From: a bacterium
GTDB lineage: Bacteria; UBA8248
Length of the DNA: 64,000 bases
NCBI GenBank assembly: GCA_965204535.1
Contig: CBDBEV010000001.1
Location: 928,001 to 992,000, forward strand
Reading direction: 5' to 3'
Shown: piece after piece, positions 20,142 through 34,443 of the stretch
How the letters are laid out: each line of letters begins with the position of its first letter
Numbering within the stretch: position 1 is the first letter of the stretch
Notes under the pieces: model-generated
Seen by the model: only the letters and a program-made list of their open reading frames with translations
Databases searched by the model: none
Told to the model about the DNA's origin: nothing
Translations under genes and position numbers: made by a program

Positions 20142-21585
20142 CTATTCCAGCGGGGCGGGGAGTTGGGATTCTCCCATCAGGTATTCGTCCACGGCGCGCG
20201 CGCAGGAGCGGCCATCGGCAATCGCCCATACCACGAGGGATGCGCCGCGCATCATGTCGCCCGCCACAAAGACGCCGGGTGCGCTCGTCATCCACCGCTC
20301 ATCGCGGCTCACCGCGCCGCGCCCGGTGCGCTCGAGGGCCAGCTCATCGAGCAGCGGGTGGCAGTCGGGACCCTGAAAGCCGATCGCCAGGAGAACGAGG
20401 TCCGCGTCGATTTCCTCTTCCGTGCCCGGAATCTCGGTGAAGACGATTCTTCCGTCCTCATCGTGGGATTCGTCCACCTTTACGGTGTCGATTTTCTTGA
20501 CTTGGCCGTTTTCACCCAGGAACTGTCGGGTCTGGATCTGGAAGATGCGCTCCCCGCCCTCTTCGTACATGGGCGCGGTGCGGAAGATGTTCGCGTAGTT
20601 GGGCCAGGGGTCGTTCAGCGGGTCCCGCTTGTCCGGCGGGCGCGGGTGGTACTGGAACTGCCGCACGGATTTCGCCCCCTGCCTGTGCGCGGTGCCCACG
20701 CAGTCCGCACCGGTATCGCCGCCGCCGATGACGACCACGTGCTTGTCCTTCGCGGTGATGAAATCCTCATCCGGAATGTCCTCGCCCGCGAGCCTCCGGT
20801 TCTGCATGGTGAGGTAGCGCATGCCGAAGTGGATGCCGTCCATCTCGCGGCCCGGAATCTGCAAATCCCTGTGTTGGAGAGCACCTGCGGCCAGCACGAT
20901 GGCGTCGAATTCTTCCTGGAGTTCTGAAACCTTGGGGTCGACGCCCACGTTCGCGTTCACGCGGAACGCCACGCCCTCTTCCTCCATCTGCTGCGTGCGC
21001 CGGTCGATATAGGTTTTGTCCATCTTGAAGTCCGGTATCCCGTAGCGCATGAGACCGCCGAGCTTGTCGTCGCGCTCGAACACGGTGACCTGGTGGCCCG
21101 CCCAGTTGAGCTGCTGGGCCGCGGCCATCCCCGCCGGCCCCGATCCCACGACGGCGGCTTTCTTGCCGGTGCGCATCGCAGGCGGTGTCGCCTCCACCCA
21201 GCCCTGTTCGAAGGCGTGCTCGATGACGGATTTTTCGATCTCCTTAATCGTCACCGGGGAGTCGTTGATCGTCAGGACGCAGGAGTCCTCGCACGGCGCC
21301 GGACAGAGCCAGCCCGTGAACTCGGGGAAATTGTTCGTCGCGTGGAGCCGGTCGATGGCGTCTTTCCACAAATCGCGGTAGACCAGATCGTTCCAGTCGG
21401 GAATCAGGTTTCCCAGCGGGCATCCCTCATGGCAGAAGGGAATGCCGCAGTCCATGCACCGCGCACCTTGCTGCTTGAGCGTCTCGTGCGGCGTCGGGAG
21501 ATAGACGACGTCCCAGTCGTGGACGCGCTCTTCCACGGGCCTCGTCCTGGGCGCTTCCCTTCCGAATTCCACAAATCCCGTCGGC

Positions 21586-21593
<8 letters not shown>
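20142..21593 (-). CDS. gltD: glutamate synthase small subunit
   Basis: [46 protein letters not shown]. Confidence 0.96.
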
Positions 21594-26142
<4,549 letters not shown>

Positions 26143-26345
26143 TGTTTCACCAACTTTCTTTCCGAGAGAAGTTCCAGGAAAACTCCCCGTTTGCCCATTT
26201 CACAGGGAACTCCTGAGAGCGTCTTATGGACATCGCATGATGATTTCCATGAAACGGACTTTGAATATAACACGCCCCGGAAAATAAGACAAACTAAAAT
26301 TTTTAATATATTGCATTAGAATAATTTATATTGTAACCTTTTCTC

Positions 26346-27230
26346 ATGAACATCGAATCCTTGAGGCTGTATTGCCGTATCATCCAGGAGAAAAGTTTTT
26401 CCAAGGGGGCCGCCCAAAGCGGCGTCACACAGTCTGCGGCGAGTCAGGCGCTTCGCCAGCTCGAGGGGGATTTGAGCGTCGAGTTGCTCGACAGAAGCAA
26501 GCGGCCTTTCGGCGTCACCGAGGAAGGCGCCCGGTTTTATGAGGCGTGCCGAAAGATGGTGGGGGAATTCGACCAGGTCTGCGCGGAAATATCACACGGC
26601 ATCGGGGAGGTGCACGGACAGGTGCGCGTCGCGGCCATCTACTCGGTGGGGCTTCACCAGATGGGCGTCTACATGCAGCGGTTCCGCTCCCTGTATCCCC
26701 AGGCGCGCGTTCGGCTCGAATGCCTCCACCCCGAGAAGGTGGTGCAATCCGTTCTGGACGATACGGCGGACATCGGAATCCTCTCCTACCCCCCGAGAGA
26801 CAAGGCGCTCCGGGTCGTACCCTTCCAGGAAGATCCCATGTTCTTCGTCTCGCATCCGGGGCATCAACTGGCCTTTCGCCACGCGGTGAGACTACCCGAC
26901 CTCGCGGGCGAACCGTTCGTGGCCTTCGATGCCGACCTCGCCATCCGAAGCGCGATCGACAGGGTCTTGCGCAAGGCGGGCGTCGGCGTGGACGTCGTGA
27001 TGGAGTTCGACAACGTGGAGAGCATCAAGGAGGCGCTCTTCATCGACACCTGGGTGAGCATCCTGCCCGGCTCGGCCGTACATAATGAGCGGGCCATGAA
27101 CACGCTGGCGGTGCTGCCCTTCGAGGGCGAGCGCATCATCCGGCCGCTGGCCCTCGTCCACAGGCGCGACAAGCCCCTCCACGGCGGCGTGAGGCGCTTC
27201 ATCGAGCTTCTGGGCAGAGACCTCGACTAG
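26346..27230 (+). CDS. LysR-family regulator divergent from gltBD (GltC-like arrangement)
   Basis: SFSKGA..TQSAASQ..LE HTH plus substrate-binding domain; AT-rich shared intergenic region. Confidence 0.9.
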   Translation: MNIESLRLYCRIIQEKSFSKGAAQSGVTQSAASQALRQLEGDLSVELLDRSKRPFGVTEEGARFYEACRKMVGEFDQVCAEISHGIGEVHGQVRVAAIYSVGLHQMGVYMQRFRSLYPQARVRLECLHPEKVVQSVLDDTADIGILSYPPRDKALRVVPFQEDPMFFVSHPGHQLAFRHAVRLPDLAGEPFVAFDADLAIRSAIDRVLRKAGVGVDVVMEFDNVESIKEALFIDTWVSILPGSAVHNERAMNTLAVLPFEGERIIRPLALVHRRDKPLHGGVRRFIELLGRDLD

Positions 27231-27311
27231 CCCCACTCCCTTTGTATCTCCTTTCTTGTCAATGATTTGCACGATCGTATCCCGCCAATAAATATTTCTG
27301 GATATTTTTTC

Positions 27312-27480
27312 TTGACATAATAGTTATATATAGATATATTTCCATTGCTTTATGTGTGAATAAGAACATAATGCGCACGGAAAGAACGACATATCTATTT
27401 GATATTGAAAGTTTTATTTAGAAAAAGGGAAATTCCATGAATTTATCGAAAAATCCTGTGAATTTATCTAAATTTATCGA
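27312..27480 (+). promoter_or_regulatory. sigma70 promoter with downstream operator-like repeats
   Basis: TTGACA(27312)-17 nt-TATATT(27335); GAAC-ATAATGC-GCAC at 27364; three AATTTATC repeats at about 27440-27478. Confidence 0.6.
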
Positions 27481-27675
27481 ATTTTTCAGAAATTCGCCTC
27501 GCCCGGATGATCCGTCCCGCAATACCCCACCATCTTCCCCACCGAACGCGGCGTCCCGCACCGCCCGCGAGGCGCCCCCCTCCGATACCAACGCACCTTC
27601 GAGACCGCGCGGATCATCCGGGTCTTTATTGCGCCGCATCGGAGGCGCGCCGCATCTGTGCCCGGGAGGGACGTC

Positions 27676-27921
27676 ATGAACGAAACCGCTTCTTTCATCG
27701 GAACCCATGAGCGCACGCTCTCGGATCTTGTGGACGAGGGATTCGGCGTCCCCGAAGATGGCGCGCTGCTCGTCTACCGCGACCGCACCCGAGAGAGGCG
27801 CGTGAGCCTCATCTTCCCGAACATGGAATCCGCCCGCGCCCGCGCCGACGCCCTCATCAGGATGAAGAGAACCCGCCGCCGCGACCTGGTCCTCCTCCCG
27901 CTCGCCGAGGCGCTTTCCTGA
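27676..27921 (+). CDS. hypothetical protein coupled to the downstream HTH gene
   Basis: GGGAGG before ATG 27676; TGATG overlap with the next ORF. Confidence 0.6.
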   Translation: MNETASFIGTHERTLSDLVDEGFGVPEDGALLVYRDRTRERRVSLIFPNMESARARADALIRMKRTRRRDLVLLPLAEALS

Positions 27922-28301
27922 TGGCGCCGCCGAAGAATACCCGGGGGAGCAAGAGGCGCGCGAGGAGAACGAAACGGGCCCCGCTCGATCCGAGAACGCC
28001 GCGCCGCATTCTCGAGGAAGAGGCGTTTCTCACCAAGCCCATGCTCGCCAGGGTGCTCGGCTACCGGAGCTACCGCACGCTCGACGCCATCATCGCCGAG
28101 GACTGCGCGAGCGCCGCGCCCTGCCTCCGCCCCGTCTACCTGCGCCGCCCGCCCCCGGGCGCGGGCGCCAGGCAGCCCGAAGGCCACCCCTCGTTCAAGA
28201 GCGCGCGCTTTCGCCGCGAGGACGTACTCGCCTACGTCGAGAAGATGACGGAGGATTTCCCGCACGATCTCGAATGGAAATTCGGCGGCATGCGGGAGTA
28301 G
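27921..28301 (+). CDS. excisionase/MerR-like winged-helix DNA-binding protein
   Basis: FLTKPMLARVLGYRSYRTL..RFRREDVLAYVE matches the HTH_17/Xis pattern. Confidence 0.65.
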   Translation: MAPPKNTRGSKRRARRTKRAPLDPRTPRRILEEEAFLTKPMLARVLGYRSYRTLDAIIAEDCASAAPCLRPVYLRRPPPGAGARQPEGHPSFKSARFRREDVLAYVEKMTEDFPHDLEWKFGGMRE

Positions 28302-28363
28302 GGGAGTGAGCGAAACACACGAGGAGGACAGCGGCTTCTACGAAGCAAGCCTGAAACGAATCA

Positions 28364-28400
28364 ACGCCCCTCGGGGAGACCCGAGGGGCGTTTCTTTTTC
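28364..28400 (+). terminator. intrinsic terminator
   Basis: ACGCCCCTCGG-loop-CCGAGGGGCGT followed by TTCTTTTT. Confidence 0.8.
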
Positions 28401-28615
28401 TCGAAATAGCAATCCCTCCCTCACCTGTCGGGGTTGACTTACCTCACCCCACCCAGCCACGTCTCCTTCCACTGCCGGGCGGGTTTCCCGTCTCTTTTCG
28501 TATCGCGATCTAGCGTCTTTGGCGGTGTAGACGCGCATGAACTTATCGACCCCCCACTCGCGCAGGAGTCCGAGAGGATGCAGAAAATGCGTCTGTCCTC
28601 GAAACGCTCTTGCGC

Positions 28616-29020
28616 CTATTTCCCTTTCCCGTTGGTTTTTTGTTTCGGTTTTCGCTGATGCGTGACGATGGGTAGCGGCGCGTTGCAGCCCTTGTCGAAG
28701 GCGATGCGGCGAAGCGCGGCGTTTCGCCGCTCTAGGGCTTCGGTCTCGACAGCTTCTTTGCCTTTCAGGTCCATGTAAAACCACGGCGCGATGAGGAACA
28801 CGCCGGAAGCGCCGAGGATGAGGTTCTTGTGCGTCTTGTTCGTCCTCTCATCCGTCTTTTTGGCGATGTCCTTCCTGTTGGCCTTTATTTCCGCCTTGAG
28901 TGATGCGCAACCGCGCTTTTCATCGGCAGGCGTGTAGCGCGCCACCGGATTCGGTCCAACACCCGCGCAACCGGATACGAAGAACATGAACGCCACGCCT
29001 GCGTAGATCGGCTTCTTCAT
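28616..29020 (-). CDS. hypothetical lipoprotein
   Basis: MKK-hydrophobic-VSGC lipobox; GAGGTG RBS. Confidence 0.7.
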   Translation of the reverse strand: MKKPIYAGVAFMFFVSGCAGVGPNPVARYTPADEKRGCASLKAEIKANRKDIAKKTDERTNKTHKNLILGASGVFLIAPWFYMDLKGKEAVETEALERRNAALRRIAFDKGCNAPLPIVTHQRKPKQKTNGKGK

Positions 29021-29071
29021 GGGACGCACCTCATGGGCGAACCCGGGTGATATTCCTCAAGCGGCGCAGGC

Positions 29072-29560
29072 CTAGTTGACGATCTTCCAACTCCCGTCGG
29101 GCTGCCGGCAGGCGCGGCCGTAGGCGCGCTCTGTCTTGCCGCCCACGGTGATGGTCTGCTGGAACTCGCGGCAATACCGGGTGGCGGAGCCTCTCTGGAC
29201 CCGGTAGGTGCGCCTGGGCGTAATGGTGCCCCGGTTGCCCGTGTCGGGGTTCACCCATTTGGTGGCCACGTTCGTCTTGCCGCGCTCCAGGGTTTTCTGC
29301 GTGCTTCGCCCCATCAGCAGACGGTCGCGCTCGTCGAGTTGTCGCCCGATGGAGCTGCCCGCGAGGACGCCGAGGACCGCGCCCGCGAAGGTCGCCGCCT
29401 TGCGGCCCCGGCCCTTGCCGAACTTCGAGCCGATGAGACCGCCCGCGATTCCGCCGAGAATCGCTCCGCCGGTCTGTTTGTCCATCGTGCCGTCGGTGCG
29501 GCATCCGGCCAGCCCCAGGCTGAATACGGCGATGAGGAGGGTGGCGGTCAGTTTTTTCAT
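29072..29560 (-). CDS. 17-kDa surface antigen-like glycine-zipper lipoprotein
   Basis: LAGC lipobox, glycine zipper, WVNPDTG, YCREFQQTI, ACRQPDGSW. Confidence 0.9.
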   Translation of the reverse strand: MKKLTATLLIAVFSLGLAGCRTDGTMDKQTGGAILGGIAGGLIGSKFGKGRGRKAATFAGAVLGVLAGSSIGRQLDERDRLLMGRSTQKTLERGKTNVATKWVNPDTGNRGTITPRRTYRVQRGSATRYCREFQQTITVGGKTERAYGRACRQPDGSWKIVN

Positions 29561-29720
29561 GGTTCGTCTCCTGTGCTTGGCGGCATGCGCCCCTCGGCGC
29601 GTCGTCTTCCTGGCGGATTGAAACGCCCCTCGCGCGTCGCGAACGAAGGCGTCGAGCGGGCGCGTCCGGTGCGGAGGGATGCGCTTTTTCCCCTCGTGGA
29701 CGGGTGAGAGCGCATCACCT

Positions 29721-29772
29721 CGCAGTTGCCCGCATTTTCCGTCAACGGCCCGGCGGGATCAAGGCCTAGAAT
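29721..29772 (+). promoter_or_regulatory. shared late-type promoter, copy A (lysis module)
   Basis: CGCAGTTGCCCGCATTTTCC; CCCGCATTT 29729-29737, 29 nt, TAGAAT 29767. Confidence 0.75.
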
Positions 29773-29840
29773 CTCTCACGTCGAGGCGCATCGCTTAAAA
29801 GCGGCGCGCGGGATTTCACTAACAGAATGTGAGGAGAGCC

Positions 29841-29990
29841 ATGACCGGGAAAAATGAATTCGAAAGAAGAACGGACGCCGCCTTGTGGCGCTGGGCCAAC
29901 AGGAAGCATACCGCCTTGCGCCTCGTCGCCGCGGGCGCGGGTCTGGTGCTGTTGGGCTTTTTTCTGGGGGGCGCCGTATGCTGGCCGTAA
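29841..29990 (+). CDS. 49-aa single-TM protein, first gene of the lysis module
   Basis: GAGGAG RBS; MTGKNEFERRTDAALWRWANRKHTALRLVAAGAGLVLLGFFLGGAVCWP (below the ORF-track cutoff). Confidence 0.6.
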   Translation: MTGKNEFERRTDAALWRWANRKHTALRLVAAGAGLVLLGFFLGGAVCWP

Positions 29991-30217
29991 GGAGATCGAA
30001 ATATCGTCCCGTCGAGATATTCCGGGATAAATCCGGGCGGCATCGCTTCCGTGTGCGGGCGCGGAACGGACGGGTCCTGGCGTCGAGCCAGGCCTATGCG
30101 GACCGCTGGGGCGCGCGCCAGGGCGCGGCGGCGCTTTGCCGCGTCCTGCAACAGGCGGCCATAGCCGAAGATTCGCTCGTGAATGAGGAGAAATCATGCT
30201 CACGGACGAACTCGTAG
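29978..30217 (+). CDS. YegP/DUF1508-like small protein
   Basis: EIFRDKSGRHRFRVRARNGRVLASSQAY pattern; overlaps both neighbours. Confidence 0.7.
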   Translation: MLAVRRSKYRPVEIFRDKSGRHRFRVRARNGRVLASSQAYADRWGARQGAAALCRVLQQAAIAEDSLVNEEKSCSRTNS

Positions 30218-30609
30218 CGGATATCAAGCGCGAGGAGGGTTTCGTGCCGGTCGTGTATCTGGATAGCAAGGGCAAGAAGACCATCGGCTACGGAACGCTG
30301 CTCGAAGACGGCATATCGGAAGCCGAGGCCGAACTGCTCCTTCGGCATCGTCTCGACCTGATGGCCGGGGAACTGGAGCGCTCCCGCGTCGGCGAGGCGT
30401 ATTCGAATTTGAGGCCGGGTGCCCGGCGCGCGGTCCTGAACATGGCTTACAACATGGGCGTGCCGAGTCTTCTGGGCTTTCAGAAAATGTGGGCCGCGCT
30501 CGCGGAAGGGGATTACGCGCAGGCGGCCGGGGAGGCGCTCGATTCGGTTTACGCGCGGGAACTCCCCGCCCGGGCGGGCCGGGTGGCCGAGCGCATGAGG
30601 AGCGCGTGA
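30196..30609 (+). CDS. phage-type lysozyme/endolysin (GH24, T4-like)
   Basis: IKREEG..YLDSKGKKTIGYG (E-D-T triad), NMAYNMG, ALDS; GAGGAG RBS. Confidence 0.9.
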   Translation: MLTDELVADIKREEGFVPVVYLDSKGKKTIGYGTLLEDGISEAEAELLLRHRLDLMAGELERSRVGEAYSNLRPGARRAVLNMAYNMGVPSLLGFQKMWAALAEGDYAQAAGEALDSVYARELPARAGRVAERMRSA

Positions 30610-31031
30610 TGGCCTTTTTGGAAAAGCTCATCGGCGGCGGCGTCGTATCGGCGGCGGAGGGCGTCGCCAACGTCATCGACAGGTTCGTTGAGACGCCCGA
30701 TGAGCGGCGCGCGGCGGAGGCGATAAAGCAAAAGCTGATGATGCGCCCCGCCGAAGCCCAGAACGAGATCAACAGAATCGAAGCCGCCCACCGCAGCGTC
30801 TTCGTCGCAGGCGGCAGGCCGTTCATCCTGTGGATCTGCGGCGTCTCGCTCGCCTTTTATTTCATCCCCCAGTATGCGCTCGGCGCATGGCTCTGGACGC
30901 GGCAGGTGCTGATGAGCGGCGAACTCGCGCCCTATCCCGTCTCGGCGGACGGGCTTCTCGAACTCACGCTGGGGATGCTGGGTCTGGGCGCGTTTCGCAC
31001 CGTCGAGAAGCTCACGGGCAAGGCGAAGTGA
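30609..31031 (+). CDS. 3TM-type holin (GTA holin/DUF3154-like)
   Basis: IDRFVETPDE, QNEINRIEAAHRSVFVAGGRPFILW, GMLGLGAFRTVEK; coupled to the endolysin. Confidence 0.85.
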   Translation: MAFLEKLIGGGVVSAAEGVANVIDRFVETPDERRAAEAIKQKLMMRPAEAQNEINRIEAAHRSVFVAGGRPFILWICGVSLAFYFIPQYALGAWLWTRQVLMSGELAPYPVSADGLLELTLGMLGLGAFRTVEKLTGKAK

Positions 31032-31056
31032 ACGAGTTTTGTGCGGGGAGGGCTTG

Positions 31057-31229
31057 GGGGGTGTTGAGAATGTCCTTGCGGTTTCCTTGGAGGAAGGATC
31101 TCGACCCGGGAAACGACCCTTGGAAATGTAGGGACAACCCCCTGTGGTTGTCCCTCCTCGGACAGGCACGGGGGCCTGTCCCTGCAACCCACTACGAAGG
31201 GGCCCCGTATGGGCTTTTTCAACGATCCC
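31057..31229. mobile_element. degenerate MITE-like element with REP cargo
   Basis: GGGGGTGTTGAGAAT ... TTTTTCAACGATCCC ends enclosing two GTAG-type palindromes (31128-31185). Confidence 0.55.
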
Positions 31230-31634
31230 TCATGGGCCGCTTTTGTTTTTCGTGGTTTTCGTCTCGACGTGCTCCAGGGGATGGTCGTGGACGATCTTGA
31301 TCTGCTCGGGGAGGATGAAGGCGGCCGTGAACAGCACGGTGGCGCCCAGACACGTGACGAGCAGCCCCGGCAATATCACCCTGAAGCCCGTGAATTCTGC
31401 CAAGGCGTTTTCTCTCGCTTCGGCGCGCGATTGCTGGGTGATGAAGGCGCCCATCGCCAGGATGATGCCGCCCACGATGGCGGTCGAGATCCGGAGCAGG
31501 TTGCGCTCCTCCGCCAGATAGGCGAACAGGAGGATCTCCTCCTCCCCGTGGGCGAGGGCAGGCGCGTCGGGCAGCCCCAGGAGCCATAGCGCGAAGCCGG
31601 CGAGTGTCGTGATTCTCAGCGCGATGGGGCGCAT
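31230..31634 (-). CDS. hypothetical membrane protein
   Basis: GAGGAGGA RBS; signal-like N-terminus and two hydrophobic segments. Confidence 0.65.
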   Translation of the reverse strand: MRPIALRITTLAGFALWLLGLPDAPALAHGEEEILLFAYLAEERNLLRISTAIVGGIILAMGAFITQQSRAEARENALAEFTGFRVILPGLLVTCLGATVLFTAAFILPEQIKIVHDHPLEHVETKTTKNKSGP

Positions 31635-31695
31635 CGAAGTCCTCCTCGGGCGGCATTGTGCAACCCCGAATACTTTTTCTCAACGCGCCCGAGTC

Positions 31696-31747
31696 TACGT
31701 TTCCCCGCATTTTCCGCGCCGCCCGAACCCGCGCCGCCCTCTATATT
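31696..31747 (+). promoter_or_regulatory. shared late-type promoter, copy B (gp26/gp27 module)
   Basis: TACGTTTCCCCGCATTTTCC; CCCGCATTT 31704-31712, 29 nt, TATATT 31742. Confidence 0.75.
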
Positions 31748-31891
31748 GGCCGATGTCCCGCCGCACGAGGGGAACTGGGTATTTCGACGAGTTTGTTATC
31801 AAGGAGGTGTTTCAATGCATGAGAGAGTTCTGGACTCTGGAGAACGGCGTCCGACGCGCCGGTATGAAAATCATCGAGGAGGTGTTTCATC

Positions 31892-32224
31892 GTGAACGAT
31901 CTGGCGGCCCGCGTCCTGCGCGGCGACATCTTGAAGACGCTGTATTACCAGGATGCCTTACGTGCGGAATCGAGCGTGGGCAGCCTTCTGCTGTGGAGCG
32001 CGCTCCGCGAGGCGGGCCACCATGAGGACGGCGCGCCCCTGGGCCGCGAGACGCTCGAAGCCTTCGTGGACGATCTGGCCGCGAGGGGTTTATTGGAAAA
32101 GCGGACCCCGGGCGGCTTCGGCCGTCTGCTGACGGACTACGAGGCGCACCTGACCCGCAAGGGACGCGGCCTGCTCGAAGGCGCCGTTTCCGCCTCGCCC
32201 GACATCCTCGTGGGAGAGTTGTGA
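31892..32224 (+). CDS. Mu gp26-like winged-helix protein
   Basis: RGDILKTLY..AHLTRKGRGLLEG pattern; sits immediately before a gp27-like gene; GAGGAGGTG RBS. Confidence 0.6.
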   Translation: MNDLAARVLRGDILKTLYYQDALRAESSVGSLLLWSALREAGHHEDGAPLGRETLEAFVDDLAARGLLEKRTPGGFGRLLTDYEAHLTRKGRGLLEGAVSASPDILVGEL

Positions 32225-32796
32225 TGGAGAGGAGGAGGGGGCGCAGATCGAAGGTGGTGGAATACGCCGCCGAGAAAGTCGTCGACCCCATGCTCGCCGA
32301 GGGAAAGACCTACGAGGAAGTGGCCGAGGCCTTCGAAAAGGCCACCGGGGAGAAGATTGGGCTCTGCTCCATAGGCAGGCGCAACAACCGCCTGCTGGAG
32401 GGCATCCGAAAGACAAAGCGGGTGGAAGCCATGGTGGATGAGTTGATCGAGGAGGTCATGGCCTATGACGGCGAGGGCAGGGACCCGGGCGAGAAGGTGG
32501 CGGCGGCCGCGCGGCGGATGCTGATGACCCAGGCGGTCGAGGCCGTCTCGCAGATGGGGAAGGAATCCTTTGAGAACCTGACGCCCGTGAAACTCGCCCA
32601 GATGGTGAACGGGCTTGAGCGCAGCCGTATATCGGCCGAGAAACTCAAGCTCGAATACCAGGACGGCTTCGCCGCCGCCAAGATGGCGATCGTCAAGGAA
32701 GTGCGCGAGTCGTTCCGCGCGCACCCCGAGGTGATGGAAAAGGTTTGCGAAATCGTCGAGGAGGCGACGCGGAAGCTTGAGGAGCGGATCGAGTAG
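32224..32796 (+). CDS. Mu gp27/DUF3486-like protein (putative terminase small subunit)
   Basis: N-terminal GRRSKV, TYEEVAE..SIGR HTH and helical C-terminus; TGATG coupling. Confidence 0.7.
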   Translation: MERRRGRRSKVVEYAAEKVVDPMLAEGKTYEEVAEAFEKATGEKIGLCSIGRRNNRLLEGIRKTKRVEAMVDELIEEVMAYDGEGRDPGEKVAAAARRMLMTQAVEAVSQMGKESFENLTPVKLAQMVNGLERSRISAEKLKLEYQDGFAAAKMAIVKEVRESFRAHPEVMEKVCEIVEEATRKLEERIE

Positions 32797-33155
32797 TGGG
32801 GGTATGAGATAAATTGTAGTGTTGATAAAATGTGAAAAAAGTGTGGCAAAAAGTTGCAAGGCGCTACAAATTATGAGATAGGGTGCGCCGTTTGAGGAGG
32901 CGAAAGAGTTTATTTCCAAGAAATGGGCAACTCAGAAGCACCGGAGTAATTTTTCGAGTAGCGAACAAAAAAAATTTTTATAAACGGATTGAGTTTTTAA
33001 GGTTGAACCCATTGTCGCCTGAAATTGCCTTCCTTGACAGAAAAGTTACTCAGGGCAAATAATGTAACAATCATAAGGAATTTTAATCGCGGAAAAGACC
33101 AAGATATTGGTCTATCTGGGAACTAGGTTTTTCAAAAACCGTAAAGGAGAGCAAC

Positions 33156-33620
33156 ATGAGTGCGTTTCCATTCTTTTTTACCTTCTCGGACAAGGTGGAA
33201 GGGAACGGCTTCGTGGCGGACGTAAGAATGAGGGGAACGGTCCTCGGGATGAAAGAGGAGGATTCCACATGGATGTACGGCGTACAGCCGGGTGGAATCG
33301 CCGCGACAGGAGAAAACGAAGATCAGGCATTCTCCACATTTCGTCGAACCTATACGTCCGTCCTGTTTGAGATGGCGGAGGAAGCTGGCGATTTCTCGAA
33401 ATTCAAACAGCAAGTGGAAGCTTTCTTCAAGGAAATCTGCGAAGACACGAAACGAGAATGGGACGAAGCGGTCGAAGCAGTGCGTCGCGGAGAGATTGAA
33501 GCCGAAGGACTGGAAAAGAAAAACGCAGACGAGCACCAGCCCTATGTGCAGGTGAAGACAGTGCACAAACCCACTGCGCAACACAATATGCTGGATGAGC
33601 TAAGAGCAGTTGCCGCCTGA
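33156..33620 (+). CDS. HicB-like antitoxin candidate
   Basis: PGGIAATGENEDQA HicB-like segment; acidic; AAGGAG RBS. Confidence 0.55.
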   Translation: MSAFPFFFTFSDKVEGNGFVADVRMRGTVLGMKEEDSTWMYGVQPGGIAATGENEDQAFSTFRRTYTSVLFEMAEEAGDFSKFKQQVEAFFKEICEDTKREWDEAVEAVRRGEIEAEGLEKKNADEHQPYVQVKTVHKPTAQHNMLDELRAVAA

Positions 33621-33875
33621 ATGGCTTCGAGTGGTCGCGTACAACTGAGAAAAATCTGGAATATGCTCAAGAAATGTGCGCCTGGACACGTTATCACGCC
33701 TAAGACGCATCACTACTGGATTGAATACAATGGCAAGTTTTATAAGACATTCCCTAAGGGAGAACATGGGAAGGGAAAGCGGGCAGAGATCGAAAGGGGT
33801 CATATCAAACAAATGGTCAAGCACCTAGAAATCGACGAAGAATGCGCGAAGATTGAATTGCCGGAAGCTTATTGA
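33621..33875 (+). CDS. HicA-like toxin candidate
   Basis: Small and basic; KTHHYWI..PKGEHG..EIERGHIKQMVKHL; starts right after the upstream stop. Confidence 0.55.
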   Translation: MASSGRVQLRKIWNMLKKCAPGHVITPKTHHYWIEYNGKFYKTFPKGEHGKGKRAEIERGHIKQMVKHLEIDEECAKIELPEAY

Positions 33876-34095
33876 GCCTAAGGTTTCGACCGTTTCCAAT
33901 CCTAAGAAGTCAGCATTTTTTAAAGAAATCTCTTTACCTCGAACCTCTCTACACGCCCGAGGAGCGGATGGAGTAGTGGGGGCAATTGAAAATTGCGTCG
34001 AATGCAAACATTCTTAAAACCATGTAAGCTATGTGTCTGAATTTACCGTGACTATCCCGGTACCCGGATGAACATCCAAAGGAGTGCGCACACCC

Positions 34096-34440
34096 ATGGA
34101 TTTCAACCACACTCTTCGCGTTCTCGTTGTCCGGGAAGACGGGACGTGGTGCGCGATTGCGCTGGATATGAGCCTCAGGGGCTATGGGGAAACGCAAGAT
34201 CAGGCAGTGGAAAGTCTGACCGAAGCGGTCGAGGCCCAGATATCGTTCGCCGTGCAGCACGACACCCTGGATGAGATATTCGTGCCCGCCGAACCTTCCT
34301 ACCATGCGCTATATGAATCCGTGAAGCGCGATAGCGTGAAACGGCATCTGAAATCGAAACCCCCGCAAAGCCTTCCGGACATCTTCTCCTGCGATGTCCC
34401 CTTGCCACGGGTGGATCCGCAAAAATTCGCAGAGGTTTAG
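34096..34440 (+). CDS. HicB-like antitoxin
   Basis: REDGTWCAIALDM..GYGETQDQAVESL. Confidence 0.7.
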   Translation: MDFNHTLRVLVVREDGTWCAIALDMSLRGYGETQDQAVESLTEAVEAQISFAVQHDTLDEIFVPAEPSYHALYESVKRDSVKRHLKSKPPQSLPDIFSCDVPLPRVDPQKFAEV

Positions 34441-34443
34441 CGT

